Origin: Nitrosopumilus sp.
GTDB lineage: Archaea; Thermoproteota; Nitrososphaeria; Nitrososphaerales; Nitrosopumilaceae
Length of the DNA stretch: 64,000 bases
Assembly (NCBI GenBank): GCA_965207075.1
Contig: CBDBLO010000002.1
Span: forward strand, 1,056,001 to 1,120,000
Direction of reading: 5' to 3'
Positions within the stretch are counted from its first letter, which is position 1; each line of letters begins with the position of its first letter. The notes under the pieces were generated by a model, which was given only the letters and a program-made list of their open reading frames with translations, was not told the origin of the DNA and did no database searches. Position numbers and translations under genes: made by a program. This document shows positions 21,191 to 32,170 of the stretch, piece by piece.

Positions 21191-22235
21191 AGACGCCGCC
21201 GAGCTCGACATGGCATGCGGCCCACTGCCCGGGCTTTTTTTCCTCGAGTGCGGGCTCTGACCTGCATACGTCTGCCACGTATGGACACCTCTGTGCGAAC
21301 CTGCACCCGCCGCTTATGCTGGTGTTGAGCTCTGAGGGGCCGATGCAGCCGTCCCTGCCGCCTGCCGCCTGCCGCCCGTCGTGCGACTCTGTCACGATCC
21401 TGATGGACTTTCTTTCGTGGAGGTTCCTGGGATCGGGCTCTGATATCGCGTCAGTCAGCGCCTGCGTGTACGGGTGGCGCGGTGACAGCAGCACCCCGTC
21501 TATGGCGCCCGTCTCCACGATCGCCCCTTGGTACAGTATGCCGATCCTGTGCCCGAAATTCCTGGCCGTGGCCAGGTCGTGGGTTATGTATATGAACGAT
21601 ATGCCGTGCCTTGACTGCACCTCGCGCATAAGCTCGAGCATCTCCGCCCTGATCGACACGTCGAGCATGGACACGGGCTCGTCTGCGATTATGACCCTGG
21701 GGCTCGTGGAAAGGGCCCTTGCGAGCACCACGCGCTGCCTCTGGCCGCCCGAGAGCATGTGGGGGTACTTTGACGCAATCTCGCCGGCAGGTTCGAGCCT
21801 GACCTCCCTGAGCACCTCCGTTACGCGGGCCGCCCGCTCCGCCCCGCTGCTGTACGCGCCCCCCAGTATCTCAAGAGGCTCTGCCACTACGTCTGATACC
21901 CTCATGCGCGGATTTATGGAATCGTACGGATCCTGCTGTATCATCTGGCAGCCCGCCCTGACCGCGTCCATGCTCTTCTGGCCGTACGCGGCCTCTGTCC
22001 CCTCGAAGAATATCCGCCCCGAGTCGGGCCGCACCGACCCCAGTATGATCTTTGCAATCGTGGACTTGCCTGATCCCGACTCGCCTGCAAGGACGAACGT
22101 CTCGCCCCGCCCGAGGGAGAACGACACCCCGTCGGCCGCCCTTGTGACGGACGGGCCGGACGGGCGGCGTCCGAGCAGCCCCTTTTTTGCGGCAAAGTGC
22201 TTTTTGAGGCCCTCCACCCTCAGTATCTCGTCCAC
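21159..22235 (-). CDS. Oligopeptide/dipeptide ABC transporter ATP-binding subunit
   Basis: GESGSGKST, LSGGQRQR, IIADEP, ITHDL, HPYT, GCRFAQRCP...AACH. Confidence 0.9.
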   Translation of the reverse strand: MDEILRVEGLKKHFAAKKGLLGRRPSGPSVTRAADGVSFSLGRGETFVLAGESGSGKSTIAKIILGSVRPDSGRIFFEGTEAAYGQKSMDAVRAGCQMIQQDPYDSINPRMRVSDVVAEPLEILGGAYSSGAERAARVTEVLREVRLEPAGEIASKYPHMLSGGQRQRVVLARALSTSPRVIIADEPVSMLDVSIRAEMLELMREVQSRHGISFIYITHDLATARNFGHRIGILYQGAIVETGAIDGVLLSPRHPYTQALTDAISEPDPRNLHERKSIRIVTESHDGRQAAGGRDGCIGPSELNTSISGGCRFAQRCPYVADVCRSEPALEEKKPGQWAACHVELGGVSTASALSPAT

Positions 22236-22415
22236 GGCGCGGGTGGCACGTCGCGCTATATGAAGAGGCGCGCTCCGGTGCGAGCGGCCGGCCCGGTTAC
22301 AGCACAGCTGCCTCTGAAAACAGAACACAGTCCGCGCCGGCCCAATCGGTACGGGGCCCGCCGGAGCCGTTACGCCTCAAAAGGCATTTATGAGAATGCA
22401 CGACCCCGTCTAAAA

Positions 22416-23540
22416 TTGGCAAAAACCCGGCAAAAGGAGGCAGACCGCTACAGCTTCCACATGCTCCGCCCGCAGTACAAGATGTTTGAGGTTGACTCCC
22501 GGCTGAGGTACTTCAAGCCGCACGCGTCAAGAGTCGAGAGGACGTTTGCCGAGGAGGTATCCGGCAGCCTTGGCAGGGGAAGCGGCTCCAAGTTCATAGA
22601 CCCAAAGTTCTTTTACGACGAGGTCGGCTCTGCGCTCTTCGAGGAGATATGCTCCGTCCCCGAATATTACCTGACCCGTACTGAGATAGCGCTCCTAGAG
22701 AGGATCGCAGACGAGATTGGCGCCCTGGTTGTAGCAGACGCCGCCGACGACGACGCCCCCCGAACCAGCGGTGGCGGCGGCAGTAAAAACAGCGGACGCC
22801 TCCGGCTGGTGGAGCTGGGCAGCGGCTCCTCCGTAAAGACCCGGATAATACTTGACGCGCTGCACCGCGTCCAGAGCGCCACGGAGTACTTTCCAATCGA
22901 CATATCCGACATCCTGACCCAGAGCTCCGAGCGGCTGCTCGCGGACTATCCAAAGCTCAGGATAACGGGGATAATAGACACCTACGAGGGCGGGCTGGAG
23001 TTCCTAAGGGAGTACGGCGGCGGGAGGAGCCTGATAATGTTCCTGGGCTCCAGCTATGGGAACTTGGCGCCCGGGGACGGGGCGGCGTTCCTGGGCCGCG
23101 TGCGCTCTGCCATGAAGCCCGGCGACCTCTTTCTCATGGGAGTCGACATGGCAAAGGATCGCAGGGTGCTGGAATCCGCATACAACGACTCTGCGGGCGT
23201 GACGTCCAGGTTCAACCTCAACGTACTGTCCCGAATCAACTCGGAGCTTGACGCGGACTTTGATCTTGGCAACTTTGCCCACCGGGCACACTACAACCCG
23301 TCAGAGCAGCGCGTGGAGATGCACCTGGAGTCGCTGTGTGAGCAGACGGTGACGGTCTCAAAGCCCGGGCTCGAACTGCGCCTCGGGCGCGGCGAGCTCA
23401 TCCACACTGAAAACTCGTACAAGTACGAGCCCGGACAGGTCCGCAGCATGCTTGACTCCTCCGGATTCAGGACGGTGAGCCGGTGGACCGACCCGGACGG
23501 CTACTTTATGCTGGTGCTTGCCGAGGCGCCCCCGCCGTGA
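22416..23540 (+). CDS. egtD: L-histidine N-alpha-methyltransferase (ergothioneine biosynthesis)
   Basis: PKFFYDEVGSALFEEICSVPEYYLTRTE, ELGSGSSVKT, FLGSSYGN, AYNDSAGVT, IHTENSYKY; start estimated. Confidence 0.92.
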   Translation: MAKTRQKEADRYSFHMLRPQYKMFEVDSRLRYFKPHASRVERTFAEEVSGSLGRGSGSKFIDPKFFYDEVGSALFEEICSVPEYYLTRTEIALLERIADEIGALVVADAADDDAPRTSGGGGSKNSGRLRLVELGSGSSVKTRIILDALHRVQSATEYFPIDISDILTQSSERLLADYPKLRITGIIDTYEGGLEFLREYGGGRSLIMFLGSSYGNLAPGDGAAFLGRVRSAMKPGDLFLMGVDMAKDRRVLESAYNDSAGVTSRFNLNVLSRINSELDADFDLGNFAHRAHYNPSEQRVEMHLESLCEQTVTVSKPGLELRLGRGELIHTENSYKYEPGQVRSMLDSSGFRTVSRWTDPDGYFMLVLAEAPPP

Positions 23541-23545
23541 CGGCG

Positions 23546-24991
23546 TCAGATGCTGCTGCGTCCTGCGTCCTGCGCGCACCTGAATCCGGCAATCATCCAG
23601 CGCTCGTCGAGCCTGAAAAAGTTGCGGTAGCTTGCCCTGATGGACGCGGCCGGCGTGCCAAAGGAGCCGCCCCTGAGCACCTTTTGGTTTGCAAACCACT
23701 TGTCGTTGTACTCGTCAAAGCCGGACTTGAACCCGGGATAGCCGACGAACTCCGACGACGTCCATTCCCACACGTCGCCTATCATCTGCTGGCAGCCGCA
23801 GCTGCTTGCTCCCCCGGGATACGAGCCTATCCTGGAGCACTTCCACACCCCCGACTCCAGCAGGTTGCACCTGTCCGGCGTCGGCGCGTCGTCTCCCCAC
23901 GGGTAGGCGTTCTTTCTCCGCGCGTCGCGGCTCTGGCATGCGGCCATCTCCCACTCGGCCTCCGTGGGCAGCCTCTTTCCGGCCCATTTGGCGTACGCGT
24001 CGGCCTCGTAATAACTCACGTGACAGACGGGCTCCATGGGGTCTACCTGCCGGTATCCGGCAAAGTCGCGCGTGTACCACTTGCCGTTCTCGCCCCTCTC
24101 CCAATACATGGGAGCCTCCCATCCGTTCTCCCTCACCCTCTCCCAGCCGTCGGAGAGCCAGTACCTGTACGTGTCGTACCCCCCGTCCCCCACAAACTCC
24201 ATGTACTGCCCGTTGGTTATGGGATATACGTCGATCAGGTAGGGCTCAAGGTAGGTCTTGTGCTCTGGAAGCTCTATGTCGTAGCAGTAGCCGCTGCCCC
24301 CGTACCCCATGGCGTACAGGCCTCCCTCTATGAGTACCTGCCTTTCTGTATCGCGTGCACGCGGGCCGTCGCACTGCGGCACCGGCTTCTTCATTGCCGG
24401 CGCGGGGACGTACCTGTCTGCAAGCATGTGCTGCAGGTCGTACACCATCAGTTCCTGATGCTGGCACTCGTGGTGCATCCCCATCTCTAGGAGGCGCGCC
24501 GTGTCGGACGCGGCGTCGCCACCGCTGGCTCTGTCTCCGCCTGCTGCCCCGTCTATGGCATACCTGTGCTTCGCGACAAACCTCTCAACCTTGCCGCTTA
24601 CCCCCTCAAAGTACTCGAACATCTGCCTTGTTGTGGGCCTCGATACGGCCCCCCTGCGCCCCTTGTCGTGCGGGGCCCCGAACTGCTGATAGTACGAATT
24701 GAGGTATGCCGATATCTCGCCCTCCTCGAACCCGTACTCTTCGTCGATCTTGCCCATTACGGCCTCGTATATCCAGCTGACGTGCCCGACGTGCCATTTC
24801 GCCGGGCTTGTAAAGAACGCCGTCTGGACCGTAAAGTCGTCCGGCTCCAGAGTGCTTACCATGCTCCGCGTCCTGGCTCTCGTCTCCCTGAACAGGGTGA
24901 TCAGCCTGTGCGACTCTGAGACGGCCTTCGGCTCTTCCGTGACGGCCGCGCCGCTGCCGTCACTATCCCCGCTGCCGCTGCCGCCGCTCAA
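23546..24991 (-). CDS. egtB: Ergothioneine biosynthesis sulfoxide synthase
   Basis: SPAKWHVGHVSW, HECQHQE, FGE-type domain RLPTEAEWE, GDVWEWT, YRNFF; a TTG start would overlap the proS stop. Confidence 0.92.
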   Translation of the reverse strand: MSGGSGSGDSDGSGAAVTEEPKAVSESHRLITLFRETRARTRSMVSTLEPDDFTVQTAFFTSPAKWHVGHVSWIYEAVMGKIDEEYGFEEGEISAYLNSYYQQFGAPHDKGRRGAVSRPTTRQMFEYFEGVSGKVERFVAKHRYAIDGAAGGDRASGGDAASDTARLLEMGMHHECQHQELMVYDLQHMLADRYVPAPAMKKPVPQCDGPRARDTERQVLIEGGLYAMGYGGSGYCYDIELPEHKTYLEPYLIDVYPITNGQYMEFVGDGGYDTYRYWLSDGWERVRENGWEAPMYWERGENGKWYTRDFAGYRQVDPMEPVCHVSYYEADAYAKWAGKRLPTEAEWEMAACQSRDARRKNAYPWGDDAPTPDRCNLLESGVWKCSRIGSYPGGASSCGCQQMIGDVWEWTSSEFVGYPGFKSGFDEYNDKWFANQKVLRGGSFGTPAASIRASYRNFFRLDERWMIAGFRCAQDAGRSSI

Positions 24992-26460
24992 TATCCCTTG
25001 GCAAAGATCGGCGTTGATAAACCTTGGCCCCCGCATCTTATGCAGGTCGAGCCCTGCTCGCTATTCTCCTCTTCTCCTCCTCCTCCACCAAGCGGTATGA
25101 CTCTGATCTCGGCGCCGGTCTCCTCCTTTATGGACTCCTCGCACTTCTCATCTCCGCACCATGCCGCGCGCACAAACCCCGTTCCGCACCTCTCCTTGAA
25201 CTCTGCATACTCCGACACGTCAAACGTCATCCCCGCAGCCTTCTCCCTTGCCTTCTGCAGCATTGCCTCCTGTATCTCCTCAAGCACGCCGCGCACGGCG
25301 GGCCCTAGATCCTTTACGCCCATGGACTCCTTGCGGCCGTCGTGGCGCCTGACTGCCACCACGCTCCTGCTCTCCACGTCCCTGGGCCCTATCTCTATTC
25401 TGAGCGGCACGCCCTTTAGTTCCCAGTCGTTGAACTTGAAGCCCGGCGTCGCGTCGTCCCTGTCGTCCACGTGCACCCGGACGCCCTCCGACTCTAGCGC
25501 TTCGCGTACCTCCGATGCCGCGCTCATGACGTCGTCCCTCTGCCTTTTGTCGTTGCGGTATATGGGCACTATGACGGCCTGCACGGGGGCGACCCTGGGC
25601 GGCATCGACATGCCCCTGTCGTCTCCGTGCGTCATTATCATGGCTCCTATGAGCCTCCATGACACCCCCCACGACGTCTGCCACGCATAGTGCTCCACGT
25701 TGTCCCTGTCTGCAAACTTTACGTCAAACGGCTTCGAAAAGTTCTGTGCCAAAAAGTGCGACGTGCCCATCTGCAGCGCCTTGCCGTCCGGCATTATGGA
25801 CTCGATTGCCATGGTGTATTCTGCCCCCACAAACTTTTCGCGCTCGCTCTTGGCGCCCGATATGACCGGGATCGCAAGCTCCTGCTCGACGGTCTCCCTG
25901 TAGATGTCGAGCATGGCATGCACCTGCCTCTCTGCCTCCTCCTTTGTGGCATGCACCGTGTGCCCCTCCTGCCACAGAAACTCTGACGTTCTCAGGAACG
26001 GCTTTGTGGCCTTGATCTCGGAGCGGAGCGCGGTGTTCCAAAAGTTGATCTTCAGCGGGAGGTCCCTCCAGCTCTGCACCCACTTGGAGTACATCGTATA
26101 TGCCAGGGTTTCAGACGTGGGCCGCAGGGCCAGCCTGTCGCCAAGCTCGTTGTTTCCGGAATGGGTGACCCAGAACACCTCGGGGTTGAACCCGGCAAAA
26201 TGCTCCTTTTCCCGCCCCAGGAGCGACTCGGGTATCAGCACGGGCAGGAACCCGTTTCTGACCCCCTCCCTTGCAAACCTGCGGTTGAACGTCTCCTGCA
26301 GCGACTCCCATATGGCGTACCCGTCGGGCCTGAGCACGATGAGCCCCTTGACGGGGGCATAGTCTGCAAGCTCGGCCTTTTGGACAGTCTGTATGTACCA
26401 CTCGCTAAAGTCAGTCCCCTTTGAGGCCGTGATGCCGATCTCTACTGTCTGCTTCTCCAA
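24988..26460 (-). CDS. proS: Prolyl-tRNA synthetase (archaeal/eukaryotic type)
   Basis: DFSEWY, LRPTSET, PFLRTSEFLWQEGHT, QTSWGVSWR, C-terminal FAKGY. Confidence 0.95.
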   Translation of the reverse strand: MEKQTVEIGITASKGTDFSEWYIQTVQKAELADYAPVKGLIVLRPDGYAIWESLQETFNRRFAREGVRNGFLPVLIPESLLGREKEHFAGFNPEVFWVTHSGNNELGDRLALRPTSETLAYTMYSKWVQSWRDLPLKINFWNTALRSEIKATKPFLRTSEFLWQEGHTVHATKEEAERQVHAMLDIYRETVEQELAIPVISGAKSEREKFVGAEYTMAIESIMPDGKALQMGTSHFLAQNFSKPFDVKFADRDNVEHYAWQTSWGVSWRLIGAMIMTHGDDRGMSMPPRVAPVQAVIVPIYRNDKRQRDDVMSAASEVREALESEGVRVHVDDRDDATPGFKFNDWELKGVPLRIEIGPRDVESRSVVAVRRHDGRKESMGVKDLGPAVRGVLEEIQEAMLQKAREKAAGMTFDVSEYAEFKERCGTGFVRAAWCGDEKCEESIKEETGAEIRVIPLGGGGGEEENSEQGSTCIRCGGQGLSTPIFAKGY

Positions 26461-26951
26461 TTGTGACGGGTGACGCTGGTAAGCTAATTAGCCTTCGCAT
26501 CGGGATGATCTGGGCACGCGTCTGCGTTCCCTCCGTTCATTCTGGGATGAAGGGTGTGGTGGTTCCGGCCGCCTGCCCGCGTTTTATCTATTTGTGCGAT
26601 TCGGCCCATGCCCAACATCCGTCACGAGCTACATCTGCCGGCCCCGATGCCCTTGAGGGGCGGCTTGCGGCGCCACCCCACTGCATATCTCTTGTCCCGA
26701 GTATTTCCCGTCCGCGCATTAGAGCAGAAGGCTTGGTGCGCGTCCGCATCCTAGCTCCCATTTTTGGTAAGAGTTGCCTGCAACTGCAAGGCAGTCCCGC
26801 GCACCGGATGCCGCCCTCACATACACCGGATTGCGCCCTTCTTGCCGCCGTGGCGCCGACGCAGGCGCTGCCCGCGGTTTTTGCGGCGGCATGTGGGGCG
26901 ATACGCGCGATAAGAGCCACTCCGTCGCCAGATGCGCTTGTATGCAATTGT

Positions 26952-27251
26952 TTATGATCCGTTTTTCGTAAGCGGGTCGCCCTTGCAGAGCACCTGGCCA
27001 GTTACCCTGCTCTGGAAATTGTCGCACACGAAGCACTGGATGAACTGTACCTCCTTTTCCATGACGGGGCATACGACGTACTCCTGCTTCATCCTCTTTA
27101 GCATCTTGGGGCTGACGCCCTTTATCTTCAGCTTGCCCTTTTCATCCATCATTCCGGACTCCATCAGCTCTGCCTTTGTCTCCTTGCTGAGCCTCTGCCT
27201 TTCGTCGTTCAGTATTATGTCCACCTCATACTTGTGGTCGAGCTCGTTCAT
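26952..27251 (-). CDS. Small Cys-rich hypothetical protein
   Basis: VVCPV...FIQCFVCDNFQSRVTGQVLCKG. Confidence 0.75.
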   Translation of the reverse strand: MNELDHKYEVDIILNDERQRLSKETKAELMESGMMDEKGKLKIKGVSPKMLKRMKQEYVVCPVMEKEVQFIQCFVCDNFQSRVTGQVLCKGDPLTKNGS

Positions 27252-27334
27252 GCCGCAACGCCTCCAAGCCCATCATTTAACGCTAACTCTGGGCCTCTTG
27301 GTGCTGCTTTACTCTCGGCAATAGCCATGTCTGC

Positions 27335-27571
27335 TCACTTTGTCTTTTTTATCCTGATCGTGACCGTGCTTCCGTCCTTTGAAACGCCAAGCAGGTCGTG
27401 CCCGTTTCTGGATGCCCACCTGGTAATGTCGTCCTCTGCCGCTGGATCGTCGGCGGAGATCTGCAGGATCTGCCCGACTTGCATCTGCTCCATCCCTATC
27501 TTGACTTGAAAGACCGGTTCCGGGCAGTAGAGCCCGACTGCATCGATCACTTTCTCGGCGGCGTCTGACAT
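27335..27571 (-). CDS. tusA: TusA/SirA-family sulfur carrier
   Basis: IDAVGLYCPEP, ADDPAAEDDI motifs. Confidence 0.88.
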   Translation of the reverse strand: MSDAAEKVIDAVGLYCPEPVFQVKIGMEQMQVGQILQISADDPAAEDDITRWASRNGHDLLGVSKDGSTVTIRIKKTK

Positions 27572-27781
27572 ACAGCGGCAGTGGCAGGGCGTCATAATAA
27601 AAGCTGTGGGCTTGCCGCCGCAGGCGCGCAGGGCTGCCGCCTGTACAACCCGGGGGTTGGGCCGTGCCGTACGTTTTCTGTCTCCTCCGCCCTTCCACGG
27701 CGCTTCCTGGTTGCCGACCATTCTGCCGTTCGAGCGCGGGGCGGTGACATACTATTTTACCTGCGTGCCCCCCGTGGTGCC

Positions 27782-28546
27782 ATGGAGGTGATACCGGTCT
27801 TTGTGGACGCGGAGATAACGGCATCCGACAACCTCGGGGGGATCATAGCGCGCTCTGCTGACCTATGCGACGGGGACGTCGTGGTGGTTGCGCAAAAGGC
27901 CGTCTCAAAGATGGAGGGGCGCATCGTACGGCTCTCCGACGTCAGACCCTCCATGCTCGCGGAGGGGATCGCGTCCCAGTACCGCAAGGATCCGCGCCTT
28001 GTGGAGCTGATACTCTCCGAGTCGTCCGGTATAGTGCGCATGCGCGACGGCATCATCATAGTCAGGACTCATTCCGGTCTGGTATGCGCAAACGCCGGCA
28101 TCGACGAGAGCAACGTGCGGCAGGGACATGCGACGCTGCTGCCCGTCGATCCTGACAAGTCTGCGCGGAAACTGCAGTCTGAAATACGCGCCGCCTCCTC
28201 AAAGCGCGTGTGCGTGATACTGTCCGACACGTTTGGCCGCCCGCTACGCATGGGGCAGACTGACTGCGCCATAGGAGTGGCGGGGTTGCTGCCGCTCACC
28301 AGCTATGCCGGGCGGCACGATACGTTTGGCAGGGCCCTGCGCGTCACCGAGATTGCAACGGCCGATGAGATTGCAGCCGCCGCCGAACTTGTAATGCAAA
28401 AGGCCGCCCGGTGCCCCGCTGCCATTGTACGGGGATGCGACCCGTCGCATGTAATACGCGCGGGGGCGGGACGCGACGGGGACGACGCGGGGCGGAGCGG
28501 GGCTGCACTGTTGCAGAGGCCGAGCTCAGACGATCTCTTTTCATAA
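27782..28546 (+). CDS. cofE: Coenzyme F420-0:L-glutamate ligase
   Basis: DVVVVAQKAVSKMEG, ANAGIDESN, LPVDPDKSA, SDTFGRPLR, ADEIAAAAELV. Confidence 0.92.
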   Translation: MEVIPVFVDAEITASDNLGGIIARSADLCDGDVVVVAQKAVSKMEGRIVRLSDVRPSMLAEGIASQYRKDPRLVELILSESSGIVRMRDGIIIVRTHSGLVCANAGIDESNVRQGHATLLPVDPDKSARKLQSEIRAASSKRVCVILSDTFGRPLRMGQTDCAIGVAGLLPLTSYAGRHDTFGRALRVTEIATADEIAAAAELVMQKAARCPAAIVRGCDPSHVIRAGAGRDGDDAGRSGAALLQRPSSDDLFS

Positions 28547-28716
28547 CTTCCGCATGTTTGGTATTGCCGTACGTGGCGCCGCCGCCGCCACCCCCGCCGC
28601 CATGCGGCCGTGCCCCCTCGCACCGCCCACTGCCGTCTGAGCCCCTGCATCCCGCGCACGCGCCGTCCCATGTCTTCAATAGGATTATAATCCGACGCGG
28701 CACACTTCTTCTCATC

Positions 28717-29631
28717 GTGTCCCTCAAGGTTGAACTCCACTGCCACAACTCTTTTTCCAACTTTCATTTGGGCTCGGGCGAGCCCCCGTACGACTGCGAC
28801 GTGTCCATACGCGACCAGCTTGAACGCGCGCGGGTGCTCGGGCTTGATGCCTTGTTTGTCACGAACCACAACACGCTTGACGGGTACGAGCAGATGCTCC
28901 AGTACAGGAACGATCATGAGAAGTTTGCAGGCATACGGGTTCATCCTGCCGAAGAAGTGACCACTGACAGGGGCGCCCACGTCCTTGCGTACGGCATACG
29001 GGAGGCCATACCGCCCGGAATCCCCCTTGAGGAGATAGTCGAATCAGTGAGGGAGCAGGGCGGGGTCTCGTCGGCCCCGCACCCGTTCAGCCTGCTTGAC
29101 GCGCTGCGGGACGACGCGGCCCGTTGTGACATGGTCGAGGTGTTCAACAGCAACAACGTCGACATCCTGTCAAATGCGAGGGCCGCGCAGTTTGCGGCCG
29201 AGAAGAACATGGTGCCCGTGGCCGGCAGCGACTCGCACGTCCTCTCGACTCTTGGAAGGTGCGTAAACATAATCGACTCTGAGAACGCGCTTGACGACAT
29301 ACTGCACGCGCTGAGGCGCGGCCGCACGCAGATATGCCAGGCCGGATACGCGATGCGGGACGAGACGCTTGATCACCTGCGGTACAAACTGAACAGCTCG
29401 CGCGAATACGTCAACGAATACATGTCAGAGCACTATCCGCACGCAAAATGGTTCCTGCGCCTGCTGCTCAGGATGTACGACCTTGACCAGGACAACCGCA
29501 TGTGGGGGCTGATATACAGGCTGTGCGTCTGCGCAATGCAGCGCATATCGCGCAAGGTCAACTTTGAGGGACTCGACCCGCAGTTCATGAAGCAGCGGAA
29601 CCTCGGCACCATGTTCTACAAGGCTCTGTAA
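28717..29631 (+). CDS. PHP-domain phosphoesterase-like protein
   Basis: ELHCH, VTNHN, AEEVTT...HV, APHPF, GSDSH. Confidence 0.88.
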   Translation: MSLKVELHCHNSFSNFHLGSGEPPYDCDVSIRDQLERARVLGLDALFVTNHNTLDGYEQMLQYRNDHEKFAGIRVHPAEEVTTDRGAHVLAYGIREAIPPGIPLEEIVESVREQGGVSSAPHPFSLLDALRDDAARCDMVEVFNSNNVDILSNARAAQFAAEKNMVPVAGSDSHVLSTLGRCVNIIDSENALDDILHALRRGRTQICQAGYAMRDETLDHLRYKLNSSREYVNEYMSEHYPHAKWFLRLLLRMYDLDQDNRMWGLIYRLCVCAMQRISRKVNFEGLDPQFMKQRNLGTMFYKAL

Positions 29632-29677
29632 TGCCGCCGCCGCTTCTTCCCCTCCGCGCCCGCACGCGCCCGTGCGC

Positions 29678-30358
29678 TCACTTCTGACGCATGACCGGTT
29701 TGTGCGCCTCGACGCTCGGCTCTGGGAGTTCCTTTATCTTGTAGTGTTGCTTTATGATGTCCAGTATTCCCCTCAAATCCTTCACCTCGAGCGTGGCCGT
29801 GGCCCTGTCCTTTACCATGTCGTGGGCCCTGTATGCTATGCCAAGTCCGCATATGTCAAAGAGCTTTATGTCGTTCGCACCGTCCACCACGCATACGATG
29901 TCCTCCTTGCGCTCGCCCCATTCCGCAATCTTGGTTCTGGCCGACTTTGACTTGTCTGCGTCCACGTTCACCCTGACGCCGTCCAGCTTGCCGTCTGAGA
30001 ATACGAGCTCGTTTGAGAATATGTAGTCGAGGCCCAGCTCCTTCTGGAGCCTGTCCATCATTATCGTAAACCCGCCTGACACGGCCATGAGCCTCCAGCC
30101 TGCCGCCTTGAGCGCCCTGCACGCCTCCCTCGCCCCCGTCATGATGGGGAGCGACTCGGCAAGCTCCCTGCACGTGCGCTCGTCTATCCCTTTCAGGGCG
30201 TCAATCCTGGTCCTGAGGCCCTGCTCCCAGTCTATCTTGCCCTGGATTCCCTCCTTTGTAATCTCCCAGATCTCTTTCTCCTTGTTTATTTTTTCTGCCA
30301 GAATGGGCAGGTACTCCTCGTCATACAGCACTCCTTCCACGTCAAAAATTACCAGCAA
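29678..30358 (-). CDS. serB: Phosphoserine phosphatase (HAD family)
   Basis: IFDVEGVL, VSGGF, VDGAND motifs. Confidence 0.85.
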   Translation of the reverse strand: MLVIFDVEGVLYDEEYLPILAEKINKEKEIWEITKEGIQGKIDWEQGLRTRIDALKGIDERTCRELAESLPIMTGAREACRALKAAGWRLMAVSGGFTIMMDRLQKELGLDYIFSNELVFSDGKLDGVRVNVDADKSKSARTKIAEWGERKEDIVCVVDGANDIKLFDICGLGIAYRAHDMVKDRATATLEVKDLRGILDIIKQHYKIKELPEPSVEAHKPVMRQK

Positions 30359-30414
30359 TTGGCTTCTGGCCTGAGCAAATTTGCTAATTATATAATACTT
30401 CGCACGTTTTCAGT

Positions 30415-31931
30415 GTATGAATTCACGTGTCCTTCCTAGATCACAGAGTTGGGCATATGATCTTTATACAAGCGGCCTGAACCCGTTTGTGTGAAGGGAG
30501 CAAGGGGCGTCAGCAAGGAGTATCTGGAGCGGCGGGTGCTTGCGTTAGAGGAGGAGAATGCGGTTCTCAGCTCCAAGATCGAGGAACTGCTGGCCGCGGT
30601 AGAGCAGAGGGACAGGGCCGTTGAGCGCCTCGAAAGACTCCTGAAGTATTACACAAACCCCGACACGCCGCCGTCGGCCAACTCGCTGGAATGGAAGGAG
30701 GAGAAGAGGCAGAAGAGGCGGCAGGGTGAGGGCGCGCCCGCCGGGAAGCGCGGCGGGAAGGCGGGGCATCCGGGGGTGTCGCGCCGGCGCAGCCCGGAGA
30801 AGGTCGTGAGGCACAGGTTCAGGCGCAGGAGGGAGGGCCGGAGGCTCGTGCCCGACGTCGCGTGCAAGTGCGGGGGGCGCATGGAGGTCGCCACCAGGCG
30901 CGTGCGCGACATTACGGAGATCACGATAACGTCTGAGGAGACCAGGCACGTCATAGAGGTGGCCCGGTGCGCGTGCGGGCGCACGGCCGAGGCCCCCAGC
31001 GGCCTGCCGGCGAGGGGCAACTTCGGCAAACGGTTCGTTGGGCTGGTCGCCGAGATCCGCGCCGGACGCGTCCCGCTTGCGGGCATTGCCAGGGCGGTGG
31101 GGGCCGTAACGGGCGTCAGGGTATCCGGTTCGACTGTAAACAACATCGTGGCGCGCGCGTCCGACGCCATGAGACCCGAGTCGGAGGGCATACTTGGGAG
31201 GGTCGAGCGGTCCCGCGCGGCGGGGTTCGACGAGACGCGCTGGAACGACGGCGGCAGCACCGCGTACGTGAACGTGGCGCAGTCCGGCGACTACATAGCG
31301 ATGAACATCAGCGGCGGCAGGGCCACCCTGCTGCTGGACACCATGGATGCATTTGACGGGGTCGCCACAACCGACAGGTACGACGCGTACGACAGGTACG
31401 ACGCGGGCGGCATGCACCAGACGTGCTGGGCCCACCACCTCCGGGAGACTAGGCACCTGGCCGGAAAGTACTGCGGCGCCGTGCCTCCGGAGGTGAAGCG
31501 CGTCCGGCAGGAGCTGCACGAGGACCACAAGTCCGTGTTCCGGACGGCCAAGCTGCTGGCCGCCCGGGGCGCGCACTCGCCGCGCCTGCGGTCCGCGATG
31601 GACCGCGTGATGCAGGACGTACTGGACGAGTACCGCGGCAGGGGGAGGGACGACCCCGACATGATCAGGGTGCTTGACAAGCTGGAACGGCAGGTACCGT
31701 GCATGTTCGCGTTCCTGGAGCATCCCGGCGTCGACCCCACGAACAACGCGAGCGAGAGGGTGCTGCGCTATATCGTGGTGTTCCGGAAGATCATCGGGCA
31801 GACCAAGGGCGGCCCCTTGGCCATGAGGCGCCTGGCCGACTTTGCCACGTGCGTCCTCACGTGGCGGAGGCAGGACAAGAGCGTGTACGAAGAGATCGCC
31901 CGACTGATATAAGGACCACGTGAATTCATAC
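30415..31931 (+). mobile_element. IS66-family element (single ORF), 1517 bp
   Basis: Perfect 15-bp TIR GTATGAATTCACGTG at 30415-30429 and 31917-31931. The flanks TTTTCAGT and CTTCGGCG do not form a target duplication. Confidence 0.9.
30491..31912 (+). CDS. IS66-family transposase
   Basis: Coiled-coil N-terminus, NPDTPPS, Zn finger, FDETRW, TDRYDAY, QTCWAHHLRE, PTNNASERVLR. Confidence 0.92.
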   Translation: MKGARGVSKEYLERRVLALEEENAVLSSKIEELLAAVEQRDRAVERLERLLKYYTNPDTPPSANSLEWKEEKRQKRRQGEGAPAGKRGGKAGHPGVSRRRSPEKVVRHRFRRRREGRRLVPDVACKCGGRMEVATRRVRDITEITITSEETRHVIEVARCACGRTAEAPSGLPARGNFGKRFVGLVAEIRAGRVPLAGIARAVGAVTGVRVSGSTVNNIVARASDAMRPESEGILGRVERSRAAGFDETRWNDGGSTAYVNVAQSGDYIAMNISGGRATLLLDTMDAFDGVATTDRYDAYDRYDAGGMHQTCWAHHLRETRHLAGKYCGAVPPEVKRVRQELHEDHKSVFRTAKLLAARGAHSPRLRSAMDRVMQDVLDEYRGRGRDDPDMIRVLDKLERQVPCMFAFLEHPGVDPTNNASERVLRYIVVFRKIIGQTKGGPLAMRRLADFATCVLTWRRQDKSVYEEIARLI

Positions 31932-32170
31932 CTTCGGCGGCGAAAAGTTGGATGGCGCCTCTTCAACAGATATGCTTAAAACATATTGGTGGCGGTAGCA
32001 TTACTATGGATTTACATCCCCTTGCAACCGGGCGTAAACTCTACACCGTAGCCACACTTTGCACACGACGGGCGAACTCATACCATGCAGGACAAAAAAA
32101 GCGTATGCCGCTAGACGAAAACCAGGATCAATGCTTTGCTAGGAGAGTCGCGCTGGTGTGATGGCTGGAC

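Noticed and set aside
30545-31966. 473-aa antisense ORF, and the many other overlapping ORFs in the track
   Set aside because: Shadows of real genes in GC-rich DNA; Arg/Pro/Gly-rich with no motifs.
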